Notes under the pieces: model-generated
Told to the model about the DNA's origin: nothing
The model's database searches: none
The model's input: only the letters and a program-made list of their open reading frames with translations
Translations under genes and position numbers: made by a program
Shown: positions 36,324 to 48,772 of the stretch, piece by piece
How the letters are laid out: each line of letters opens with the position of its first letter
Position numbering within the stretch: the stretch's first letter is position 1
From: Setoptus koraiensis
Lineage: Eukaryota; Animalia; Arthropoda
Assembly (NCBI GenBank): GCA_048013815.1
Contig: CM106585.1
Coordinates: forward strand, 17,980,001-18,044,000
Length of the DNA stretch: 64,000 bases
Direction of reading: 5' to 3'

Positions 36324-38557
36324 ATGAGAGGCCACATCAATAGATCTTTATCTTCTAGCGAGGTGCATCCTAGAATGAAGCTAGGTCTGAGGCACAGAGA
36401 GAATTCAACTTTGTCATTGGCCACACTTGTTGGTAACAGGGCCACCACCAAAGCCAATACTTCGGAAGAGAAGAAGCCAGCAACTGATGAAAAACTGGCA
36501 AACAATATCAAGCCAACTTCCGTATTGCCAATGCCTGGGGAGTTGCAACCAAGACGCAATCGGGTAAACAGTAGCTTTCACCAAATGAGATGGGTGGTCA
36601 TTTCCATGTGTGGCACGGGTATGTTTTTGGTATTTTTCTTGAGGCTCAGCATAACGGTGGCCATCATCGATATGGTGAACCAGACTCATGTGCCCGTTTA
36701 TTATCAGTACCCCAATCACACCAATGCTAGCGTCTTAGGCAAGTTAGAAGAGGCTTTAGAGGAGGAGGTAAGTAGGCGTCGAAGTGGTAGCGATTTTCAC
36801 GCCACAGTGAGCATTATAGCCGTAATAATACAATGCATATCCTTCGGTTATTCAAGGTGTTCATATACGACTGGGACAACACAATACAAAACTTTCTCAT
36901 GTCCATCTACATGATAGGTTATGGGGTAAGTGGTTGCGGCGCAGTAGTTAATTTGAAGCCAATCAAAACCTTAATTGCAGCCGTCTAACTTGAAACGATA
37001 AACTTGAAAATTCGCGAACTACACGTCTATTCTTTGTGTCAAGATTCCTCAAGTGCCACTGTCTATTATCATAGAAAAGAGGGGTGGGCTCAAGATAACA
37101 GGTATCAGCCAGACCATTGGTCTGATCGCAACAGCACTAGTGCCCCATGTTGCTCATTTCGGGTGGGGATGGGTGGCTCTGTTGCGTCTTATAACGGGTG
37201 CCGCTCACAGTACCGCATTGGCCGTCGGTATACATATGATCGATCTTTGGATACCGGCTAGTGAAAAATCTATAGCCGTCACCACTTTTCAATTTCTCAG
37301 CAGCACTGGTTATGTGTTCAATCCTCTGCTGAGCGGCTATCTCACTGCGTACAATTGGACCTTCGCCTTCTATGGACCTGCCTTGATAGCATTTATCTGG
37401 GTAATTGTTTGGTTCTCGATCGTGTCCGACAAACCGGAAGATTGTTGGCTGGTCAGTCAGAAGGAGCTGGAATTTATCAAAAGCAACAATAATTATTGTC
37501 AGCAGCCGTCGTGTAAGCTGGCGGGCGAGGCAAAAAAAGATGCTGAATTCCCATGGAAGAAATTTGCCAAAACTCCATGCGTTTACGCGTTTCTATTTAT
37601 ATGGGTGATGCATTGCAGCACTGGTCTAGGTTTCGCCTTTATGCTGCCCAGATTTCTCATGTCGAGCGGCATTGGCGTTGATGATATTTCCGAAAATGGT
37701 CGAGTGAATTTCTATATACAATTGGGCTCGTTAATGAGTTACATTTGGGGCTATACTCTTTTTTCGTATCTATTGAAGAAGAATTTCTCAAGGATCAATG
37801 CACGACGAGTGGTGTACACACTTTGTAAGTATCGTTGCTTGTTTGTTTGTCGAACACAATGAATATCATCAATGTGATATTTTAATAGCTGTTCATTATT
37901 ACTGTTTGTGTATTGCGAAGCTGCTGGCTTTGCCGCCCTCGGTTGGATATTGCCAAGCTTTGTTGATGGCAGTCCCGTCTGGATGTGCCTCATGAATCGA
38001 ATTGCACAACCAATAACCGAGGTAATTGTTTTGGGGTCTGTTATGGACAATTTCAGCGCGGCCGGTATATCCACCAGTGTGTTCGGAATATTAAATACGT
38101 TGGCGAATTGTGCCAATTTCCCAGTGGGTGTCACTCTAGGGAAGCTTCTGGATGTTTACGTTAGTATATCGCACCCTCTTCAGTCACATCCACTCACATA
38201 CGTCATGTAAAGACTCACGTATGCGATTGGTTGGTTACTGACCAAAGTGTCAAATTGCTTCCATTATTAACTGCGTACCTCGATTATTAATTGTCTACTC
38301 AATGCAAACAGGAGGAAAGTCTCACTTGTTGGCATCTTATGCTTTCGGCAATGAGTCTGGTTCTTGTTTTGTCGCTAGTGACCTACTATATAATGATTGA
38401 TACGGTGCCCATCAAGTTCGACGACACCAACAGCAACACCGATATAGAGAGTGGCGAAGAGAAGGATCCAGTGGGCCCCGTGGCTGTGCAGCCCATAAAG
38501 GTAGCCAACATAGGATCAACCGAACCGAACGTGACCGACAACAAGACCGTTAGATAG
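36324..38557 (+). CDS. SLC17-family MFS transporter (sialin / inorganic phosphate cotransporter-like), multi-exon
   Basis: FLRLSITVAIIDMVN, YDWDNTIQNFLMSIYMIGY, LRLITGAAH, WIPASEKS, WFSIVSDKPED...SQKELEFI, FPWKKF and STSVFGILNTLAN. About 12 TM segments across exons with GT-AG boundaries. Confidence 0.85.
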
Positions 38558-40661
38558 CAGCAAACAGGATGTGATGAATAGACGCCAACGTTATTTTTTT
38601 CAAAACCCGATCAAGATCCATCCCATACGCGGTACAATAATCTTAATCACATTATCAATATTGCTAAATAAGATTGTTGAGTCATTTCCAGAATGATTGA
38701 ATGATTCGGTGTAGGTGCAATAAAAGAATGGATTGAGAATTTACTCACATTGTTTTGTATTCGTGGCCGAATATACTGCCAAAATAAGAGAACTAGTCAA
38801 CAGGGAGTGGCTGTTTTTGCTGATTTGAAATCAAATGAAGCAACAATAACGCGCGATTGCGAGCCAACTCTTGTAACATTTATACATTTGCAATGTTTGT
38901 ATCATGCGTGGCGTCATCGTCGGTCATTGGTGCCAGTGACACCATTCCAAGTCAAATCAATATATAAATAATTATATATTGATAAATTATATTATAAATA
39001 GTTGATTATAAAGATGAAGTATGAACACGATGCTATAGCTAATTAAGTAAAGTTAATAAAGTTTATCAATGATTGAACTAGTCAAATGAGCCAATCGAGT
39101 CAATTGAATACATTTACGATGAGAGTAGTCGATCGGCCAGCGGCTGACCATAGCCAGTTATCAATGTTTAGTGATACGCCGACGAGTTTGATGCGTTCAA
39201 AAGATTAATAATCAGGCACGTGATGCCGTATTGTTTGACACATTATCACGCGATTTCCGTCTACTTTAACAAGTAAATCTAAGGCTAGTGTTTAAGAATG
39301 TGCAAGCAAGCAACAAGGAACAGCAAACCGATCGTATCAAGTTCTGCAGTTGTCGGCCAGACTGGGACCAAGTTACATATGACTATGTGGCCATGACGAC
39401 CAAGCCAGCCGTAGGCGACAGCACAGTGATAATCACTTGCGATCAGACGTCGCTTCTCGATAGTTGCTTTCCTTTTGCCCGGTTGAATTGTGTCTGTTGA
39501 ACTTGCTGTTGGTTAGACAAAACTCGTCGATTGAAGGAGGCTTTGTCTCACCGAGCTGGCAACTGTATCCGATGACGTCGAGTGTAGAGTCAGAGCTAGC
39601 ATACAACGTTGTGACTTCGCTCTAACTAGCATGCTTTGCGACACATTTTGGCCACATCCGGACCATGCCTGGGCTGTCACTGGCGTGTTGCAAAGTTGAC
39701 ATGGCGATCAACAACAACAACAAGAGGGGCCTCCAGAAGTAACAATACAGCGAGAATTTCTTGCTGATCGGATGAGATGCATCACTAAAGAGTCGACCAG
39801 CAGGAGCTCTGGCGGCCGCGCTGCCGCGAGAACTAGAGGCGATTGTACGAGGCTATTGAATGACAATTTTATCTGTTATTTTATTCGTTCTTAGGATTAG
39901 CTGGATCACAGTATAACAATCAACTAATTCCAAAAGATTTTACGAATTTCACGAAGAGGTGCTCACAGGGTCATCGGCAGGAGCGCCCAAGTGCGAAAAT
40001 TTGGATTTTGTTCAAATTTGGCGCCGCTCCGATATAATTGTGCACCGCAATTGTGAATAGCAAGCAGAGCGAGTGCAAGAGCGAGAATTTATGTGGATTA
40101 GAGGCGCACAATGCGCTGCTTTTGTATGGAATGGTCGGTGAGCATTGCTAACCCAGACTAAATATATATATATATCCCCGATATGACGAGATGTGGTGGT
40201 TTATTTCCGACGTGAACGACAACAACAACAACGACAACGACAACAACAACAACGCCGTCGCCCCTATTCATGCACACACACACACGAACAATAGTTGTAT
40301 AGTGCGAATTACAACAAGATTATTTAGTTAAGACATCACGGTGCATCAGTCGGCCAGAGGCAAACAACGCCAACAACAACGCCGATATCCTGACGTGTGT
40401 GAATATACTACAGTGTAGTTGTGAGCAACAACCAGACTTTAAAGAGCACGCCAGAGACAATTGTTAACCGCAACGAGTTGCTAACGAACTATTATATTCA
40501 CAAACGTTTATTTGCGACGAGCGAGCGAGCACTAGATAAAGCGAGAGAGAGAGAGAGAGAGAGAGAGAGCGACAGAGCGAGCGAGACTGAGGTCGCCACC
40601 AGCATTCTTAATATTATTGATCTACGCCAGTGGGAACAATACAATCACAACCAAAATTATC

Positions 40662-42805
40662 ATGGCTTCGTATGATAAAAATCCAATTTTTGATTTGCAA
40701 AGAGTGGTAATGAAACAACGCCAACTACTATTGTTACAACAACAACAACTATTGCAGCAGCAGCAACAACAACAGCGCCAAGAGCCATCTCCGATTTTGG
40801 TGCAGCAGCAGCAGCCGCATCAGCAACTTGATTGCAGTAACAACAATATTGCGGTATCTAATAACAGCAAAAGCACAAACAACGACATTATTAACATTAA
40901 ACAACAATCAGATGATGACAGCAAACTGATGCAAACGCCGTCCGCTGATAGAAACCTCCCGGCGCAAACATTGTCGCCAAACGGCAAGTCGTTGGCAACC
41001 ATTCAAACTAAACAGATACAACAACAACAACAACAACAACAAGATCATCATAATAACAAGTCACACGAAGTCACTACTAAATCAGAGAATCACAACAACA
41101 ATAAGTTAGCAGCAGACACAAAAATAATGGCAAATAATGTAACAGCAGCACCAGCGACACACGACATAGGTGATAACGACGGAGCGTCTCGCCTTCAACA
41201 TGACCACAGCTCAGCCGTCAACGCTGCAGTCATAGATAAACGTAGCAGCAAGGATAGCAACAAAATGGACACCGATTCCTCGGCCCCCAATGAACTGTCT
41301 CCCTCACTGTCTGAGCCATCGTTAGCCAGATCTTCTCCCTCTACAACCAAAGCCGACGTCACTAAAGAAGCACCAACCGCTAAGGTGTTAGACACTTCAA
41401 AATGTAAGCTTACTGGTGATCAATTAAACGGCACCGCAAATGGTAAGCGCCTTCTCTCGGGCGCAGAAGAGCGACGAGAAGAAGAGCGACGAAAAAAAGA
41501 CAATTCGCAGTGTGTTGATCCATGCAACGCAGCCTCAAAAGGTGCCCCCATCTCAGTACCAGTAGCAGCATCAGTAACTGCGCCCATTTCAACCTGCGTG
41601 ACCAACACAAATCTAACTGCGACGCATGACATATCAGCTACGGCTACCACTGACAACATTCGTAATACACCTCAACCATCAACAACAACAACCAGCGCCA
41701 CAACAAACAATAACGCTGGAGATAAATCAGCCCACCCCAAACCAGGTGATCAAACAATCAATAAACCACACAATCAAATCAACGATACCACCAAAACCAG
41801 CCAACAGAATAGATGGAGTGAAAATTATAAAAACATGAAGTTGGATGGTATCATCTTTATTGATCACGATGGCACAATTGTTAATTTTGTTGTTGTCAAA
41901 AGCCCAATGTAAGTAATTGAGTATGATGCTGTGAGTTCTTTCCTATCAGTGCGCAACCAAATATCTAGTCTTGATTTTTAAAGCTTCCGACAGAAACATG
42001 TCATGTGGATATCTCGGGGTCTCAATATAAATACTAATGCTGTCCTCTTCGTACATTCAATACCTCTCTCAACTGATACACTACATTCTAAACATTCTAA
42101 CATTAAATTCACTGTAGTAAAGAGATAGGCGATCCTGTATATAGAACCAAAGTACATTTGGACAAATTCGGTCGGCCAATCCTAGCGCCAGCTCAAACCT
42201 TTGATCAGATGATACAAGCCAAGAGGCGCCAACAAATGTTGTTATACCCAATAAGTTCTTCATCGCGAGCTGTTTCACCATCAGAGTTACTAGCCAACTC
42301 GAACAATCAGGACATGGGTTCTTTCATTATCCACCAAGACACTGCCAGAACAGTAACCACTTCAAGAATTTACACGGGCCGTAGGAGGCCAGCGCGTCGA
42401 AAGAAGGTTCCTACGAAACCTGACTCCTCACGTGGTAGCGGTGCAGGTGTTGGTGTTGGTGGTGGTGGTGGTGGTGGTGGTGGTGTCGGTGCCGGTACCG
42501 GTGCCGGCGCCGGCACCGGTGCTGGTACCGGAACAGTAACAAGTCGACCAAGAAAAAGTTCCAGAAGACCAGTTCGAGGTACATCCAGAAGAAAACTGAC
42601 AGCCAATGCTAGACGTGCTGCTGCAGCCTCGGTTTCTTCGCGCCGGTTTCCGAGGACAAAAGAGGAATGCAAGGTCACCGATCCAGCCGTCCTCAACAGA
42701 ATTTATGGTTCAACTAACAACACCGCCACAACAGCAGCAACAGCAACAACAGCAACAACAACAACAACGACCACGACGACGAACGTTGAGCAAACTGTTG
42801 TCTAA
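40662..42805 (+). CDS. Orphan Q/N/T-rich protein of about 635 aa with basic, NLS-like segments; 2 exons, intron 41909-42144
   Basis: ORFs 40617-41912 and 42158-42805 join in frame via CCAAT|GTAAGT ... TATAG|A, giving KSPITKVHLDKFGRP. First ATG at 40662. No family recognised. Confidence 0.65.
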
Positions 42806-45103
42806 CTATTCCATGGATTCCATTTGCTTATGTTATACAAGGTCTGATTTAGCCGTTTACCACTTTCCGTACTTCCAACTGTACTACAAGAACACGAGAT
42901 ACGTGGTGATAAGGAGTTGGATATTTGTTCTGTTAAACAGGATTATAGAGGAAGATGAGAAAGATTGAAGCTTGGAAGTGGAAACTTACTATGAGAATTT
43001 CAATTTGATGTCACTAAAATTTAAACCTTTGTTGGCGGAACTAAAAGGATGCTTGTTTTTCAACCCCATCAAGGCAGCTCCTTTACCGGATGCTTGCCAT
43101 ATTTTATAATTGTTGGTGATCATCGTCCAGGTTTGCATGAAGTTTGTATTAAACATGTTGTAATTATGCACTCTTGCTGCCCTGAGCATGTACATAGTGT
43201 ACATTCTGAAATGATATCTTATCCATTCGTCTCCTCCAACCCATTTAGTAACGTCCTGCGACATGAAATCAGTGTCCTCTGTGTGCCTGGTGTAAAAAGA
43301 GCTTTTATTTATGCTATTTTCACCCACAACTTGCTTTATGAGGTAATCCATAAAACGGAGATCCTCGGTTGTTAGAGCAAGGCATTTTCTCAGTTGTGGG
43401 TCGTTAATTTCAATCTTATTCTCATCTATATCCACTATAATATCGTACATGTCTTTCTTTTGCTTAAATAAGAAATTGGTCGCCCCGATCACAAAGCTTT
43501 TGACTCTGGCATCAGCCATTAAATCAAGATAACTAATTGAAAGGTATGGTAGGCAGAAGGATCCGCGAGTAAATATTTGTAATGGTAGACCACATTCCTC
43601 CGGATCCATTCTACATAGTTTGAGGGCATATGGATCATCTACTTGAGAGCCATCTGCCAGTTGATCCTCGTCTGTATAGTTTAATGATTCGTGTGATTCA
43701 TCATCTGTAGTTTGTTCGGCATCATTTGGTTGGGGCTCTATTTGACTAGGTTGTCGGGCATCTGATTCACTTGTACTGACCTTCGAGTTATCATCCAGTT
43801 CTGATGGTTTGCTAGGAGTAATGTTTGATTCATCTAATTCGTCTTTGGTAATAGTCTGAAAACTATCCGAGAAACTGGAATCACATATTATGACTACTTC
43901 CTCTTTTGAAGTATCAAAGAACACTTTATCTTCTCGTAAAGATTTTGAGTGTTCTGAAGTTGAGCTAGTGTTAGCATCAGTTGTATCATCAGAAAGTTTG
44001 AGCGCTTCCAACAAAGCGGGACTCAATTGTAGATCACAAGCTGAATGATTCAGTCCGCCTGATTCTAGTAGTCCGGGAAATAGTGAGCAGAACGACAGAA
44101 TAGTGACACATAATTCTCTGACTGGTGACTTATAGAACAGAATCTTTTTCTCCAGTAGCATGGCCTTATAAAGTACTAATACATTGTTACCAAATTGTGC
44201 TATTAGCGATCTTGCTGATAGTCCCAAGAATATCGATGAATCTTTAATGGAGTTTTTTGTTAGAGTAGAATTGAGATTATCATAGGTTAGTCTGAGAATG
44301 TCCACTTTGCTAAAATCTAGCTCATCAAAATAGGCATGTGTGATCATCTCAAGTTTTGATCTAATAAGTCCAAATAATGGTACTACACTCAATATGCACA
44401 CTGACTTTTGCACTGAGATCCTTGTCATATCATCTGAACGATTCAATAATTTATCAGCTTGTATTTGTCTGTAACAGGCGGTGCCGAAAATTGTTTTGAC
44501 CCCAGAACATTGTTGATGCTGTTGCTTTTGTTTGTCATAATTATTATCACTGGCGGCCTCTTCTTTTTGCCTGGAATTTTTGTTTTCTCCATGCTGGTCC
44601 CGATTATCGTCAGCTACAATGTTACTTTGAGTTTCATCTTTGCAATTATCACTATTGTTGTTGTGTTTCGTTTCATTGTCTATATCGGGCATTGTAAAAT
44701 ATATGGTGTCACTGTCGAAATTGTGAGCTCCATCTGGTAAGCAGAGTAGAGGCAGTGTCTTCCAGCAATTCGGTAATGTAATCGGGTGTTTGCTAGTGGA
44801 AAAGACTCTTCTACTAGGTGGTATAGGCGGATAACAGTAGTCCACTTGATAGCCATGTTTGTGATGGAACCCAACAACCATGATGTGTCTAATGACTCTG
44901 TTCTCGTTGAGTTCATCTGAATTCTTGGGCGCCTCGCTGAGGCCGTCATCACTGTCGTCTTCGTCGTCATTGTTGTTGTCCATCTCAATGTTGTCGTTAC
45001 CGTGCGGATTGGACTCCTCCGACACTTTCTCTTCACTGCTGATTAATTCGTCTTGTTGAGAAGCTGGAGTGCCTGTGAGGTTGGCTCGTGGTTTGTTATT
45101 CAT
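42802..45103 (-). CDS. AVL9: Late secretory pathway protein AVL9 homolog (DENN-related); 2 coding exons, 45103-42990 and 42883-42802
   Basis: HIMVVGFHHKHGYQVDYCYPP, LPDGAHN, FGTACYRQI, SVQKSVCILS, VKSFVIGATN and GGDEWIR. The ORF's apparent TAG overlaps a GTAAGT donor. Splicing to TTGTAG|T gives KLKFSYTVGSTESGKRL, which resembles the vertebrate KLRFSHSVQNSERGKK as recalled. Confidence 0.92.
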
Positions 45104-45999
45104 GGCTAGAGAAAACAAGAGTAAGGAAATAAATCTCTTTTCGTTTGTCTAGTCCTTTTGGGGGCCTTAGATTGCTCGGTTGCGACATAATCTAGAGGTA
45201 ATCCGGTATATTTCCATGAAACTCCACATACGCCGTGATGTCACCCGTTGCAATCGTTGTGAGACAGGAGAATAGAAATAACAGAATCGAACTAACCAGC
45301 TGACTGCAATTGTGTGCAAATAATGCGCAGTAGACGCTTATTGTTCGGCGTGCAATTGGCGCGCAACAAAAAGTCCATTCGATGCGTTTTCTAGCGTTGG
45401 GGAGCGACATTTTTTCGCTCCGAATCAAAGCGCCACAACCACACAACTCACAATATCGACAACAACCACATGTCAGACGATTACGATACATTGGATAGGT
45501 GAGGATAGATTGGGGACCGTGGTGCCCCAATCTATCTGCACCAAAAAACCCTCAAAATGCACATGTTTTTGCGCTCACTCCCTCAACCAACTCTATGCTA
45601 ATAGTGAGCATTTTGAGCGGTTTGTGGGTGCTGCGGTGGCCGGGTTCGGGGTCGCGAGCACGACTTTTTTAACTTTTTTGTTCTTCATTTTGTAGAGGAA
45701 GAGTTCCTCTATCGATCTGGATGGGCCTATTCGGCGCACGCGGAGCTTTTCTGGACGAAAATCACGTTCGAAAAAAAAGTTTGCCGAGAAATCGCGACAT
45801 AAGGAAAAAGGGGGCCTATCACCGGAAGTTGGGGGGTCGTCCCCTGTCGACTGGTGGTGATCTGTCGAATTATGACATTCACATGCTCCCCGCCCCCTGA
45901 AATAGTTTGAGAAAATACCGTCGAAAATGGAACACATCCTTACTGCATAAGACGTTCATTCGAAGTGTTGTTTCCACTGGTGGGGTCAGAATATAAATT

Positions 46000-48325
46000 T
46001 TATCTATTTTCTGTGGCTATATGAACTGGTGCCTTTCCCGATTGTTTCGTTGACTCCTCGATTGTATCAGTCACATCGACATCCTTTGTCTCTGTCACGA
46101 GAAAATGCAAACAAATTGTCAGTATGAATGCTACAGTTGTCAGTATTATCTTGTAATTAAATTGATCACCAACCCACTGGGCAATATGTGGCGAAAATGG
46201 TGCCAGGACGCCGCTTATTCCTAGCGCTGTCATAATGATTGAGGCACCGCAGTTCCTCAGTTCCGTGGGAAACACCTCATAAGCCACCAAGAATAATATA
46301 ATTGTTCCACTTGTGCATGATACCTTGGCGACAAAATCTAATGCACTGACAAAAATAAGTGAATTATCGGGCAGTTGTAGTAATGGATGCTCCACGAGAC
46401 AAGACAGGCCCGTGATACAAATAAAGAAGACGAGGCAAGTTTTCCGTTTGAATATCACCATAAAGGCCACCGATACAGCTAGGCACACCCACTCGCTGAG
46501 ACCGGTTACTATGAAATTAGAAAATATCGATAGTTTGTCCATGGAGAAGTGCATTGTTCTTATGAGATAAATGAAGTTGTTGAATAGAAGCGCCGACCAG
46601 AGCGTTACAAGATTCAACAAAAACGACGGATGTTTGAATAAGCTCGCCATGCCAGCTTTGTGGCTCGTTTGCTGTTGTTCGGGAAAGACAGATGAATGCA
46701 GTATATAGTTGACATCGACAATTTGTAACAACATGCAGCTCGACTATAAATCCTAAATTCTAGTTTAATCACCTGTGATAACCTCTGGCCTCTGAGATAT
46801 CTATCGATTTTCGATTCCAAACACTCGTCTGTGTGCTGTATCCGATTGAGCTTTGCAGCTCGTTTAATCTCCTTGCGTGCAGCTTTATATTTGCCATTCA
46901 CCTTGAGCCATCTAATGGATTCTGGCATGACGAACATCCATGGTAAACTGTGGTCAAGTATGAGTTTCGAAGGTGAAAAGATCATCGATGTCTTACTGAA
47001 TCTGCTCGTAGTTCAGCACGACACAAACACAGCATAATTTTTCTACCGTACCTGATTAGCAACAACAACGGACAGATAGCTGCAATGTCAAACCAGTGGC
47101 GGGTGTTCACTCCTATAAATGCCAGCATCATGATACCGAAACCCTTCAATTAGTTAGAGTGACAGATTTGTTAATGGCTGTTGTTCAGCTAGGACGATCA
47201 TAAATTAAGTGATATGATTATCTTGGTGTATTTACCCATCCAAAGTGGTTGGCGGTAGAGGAAAAGGTCCTATATTTGGCACCAAGTATTTCTATCTCTA
47301 CATCCAAAATATATGGAGGCATTCAATTGTGAGCTTAGAGAGCCATTTGTATCGGTTTACCGACTTAATGAGTACTACTGAATGTACAAACTTACGCGTA
47401 GTATACAAAACTTGATAACCGCTTGAATTGAATGCCGACAAAAATCGCAACAGTATGAGAATATAGATCGTGGGCGAAAGTAGACTGGCTGCACCAAATA
47501 TCAAAGCCATGACATGACATAGAGAATGTGTATTCCATCGTCCGAACCTATCAGCAAAATATCCCCAGACCATGCTCCCAAATAAAACTCCAAAAAAGTA
47601 GATTGTCATCAATAGTGAACCGAGCATTTTCCTATTGCAAACAAGATTGAACTGACAAATAGATTTAAATCAATCGCTTGAAACGTAATCTGCATCATCT
47701 TCGACTACAATCATTTGAAAAATTATAACTGTTTAAGCATGGAGATTGTAGTGTCAACAAAGTAAATAGACTATCGCATATCGTTCAATTAAATACCTCA
47801 ACAGGTAGGGTGCCCTCAAGATTGGAATCGGGATAGGTCCATTGGGTGCAGGGTGAAATAGAGCCATTGTGGTTCGCGTAATTGCATCTGTCGGTCGTGT
47901 TTTTAGAACGATAGTTTGAATGGCTTGACGAACGTCGGCATGGTGTCGCAGAGAGATATTTTATTTTCGAGAAATAGTCCTCAATGAATATTTACCTTTC
48001 ATTTGTTCCATTGTTAATTAAGACTGACTCTGGTGGTGTTATACACTGAAAATCAAATTCCGAAGGAAGGGAAATAGACAAACCGAGGCTATCTATGGCA
48101 ACTGTCGTCTCGCGAATGAAGCTGAACAACATCAAGTTGAGATGATAAGGTCCAAACTGGCCTTGTGAGCATAAAGTTAGATCGACATTATTATTATTAT
48201 TGATGATTCGCAATGATCTGCTAGTAAGTGATTTGATTTTTTCGTTTTAATGAACTACCTATTAAGTCGTTCAAATCTATCGATCTCTCCTTTGTTTCCC
48301 CACGTTCGCCTTTCTCCTCTCCCAT
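46000..48325 (-). CDS. SLC22/organic cation transporter-like MFS protein, copy 1 (most divergent), multi-exon
   Basis: MGEEKGE..IDLNDLIG|QFGPYH, LVCNRKMLGSLL, WGYFADRFGR, MPESIRWL, YEVFPTELRNCG and ETK tail. Confidence 0.85.
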
Positions 48326-48772
48326 GGCTGCCCAATAATAAAAATTTTGTCGTTATTCTTAGGACCAGAAATATTACATTCATAATGATACGAAGTCGTC
48401 ACCCATCCAACCTCAACGCTCGGTGTTTTATTTCTTTAGAGTTAGTTTTAGTGCAAAAAGAACCAATGAATGAATAGGCTCCATCGATTGCTAACAAGTC
48501 CTTAGAGGTAACATGCTGATGGTGAAAGATTAGTTGACGATGAGAGATGCTTATCATATTGTTACGGTAGAAATCTCTTGCCAAGTAATACTTCTAATAA
48601 GTGTAGACTAGACATAAAGAGTGAAAACAGAGCGTCAATCTTGCAAATCAGACCCACCAAAGGATTGTTGAGATGACTGTGCAAGTTGCTCATATGTTAC
48701 AAAATGGTGACATTGCAATATCATGATTGTAGCGTATTCTTCGCTGTGAACATGTGTCATATTATATAATAA

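Noticed and set aside
39290-39790. Minus-strand frame with a signal-like LLLLLIAMS segment
   Set aside because: Interrupted by stops, with no start or splice support and no recognisable family.
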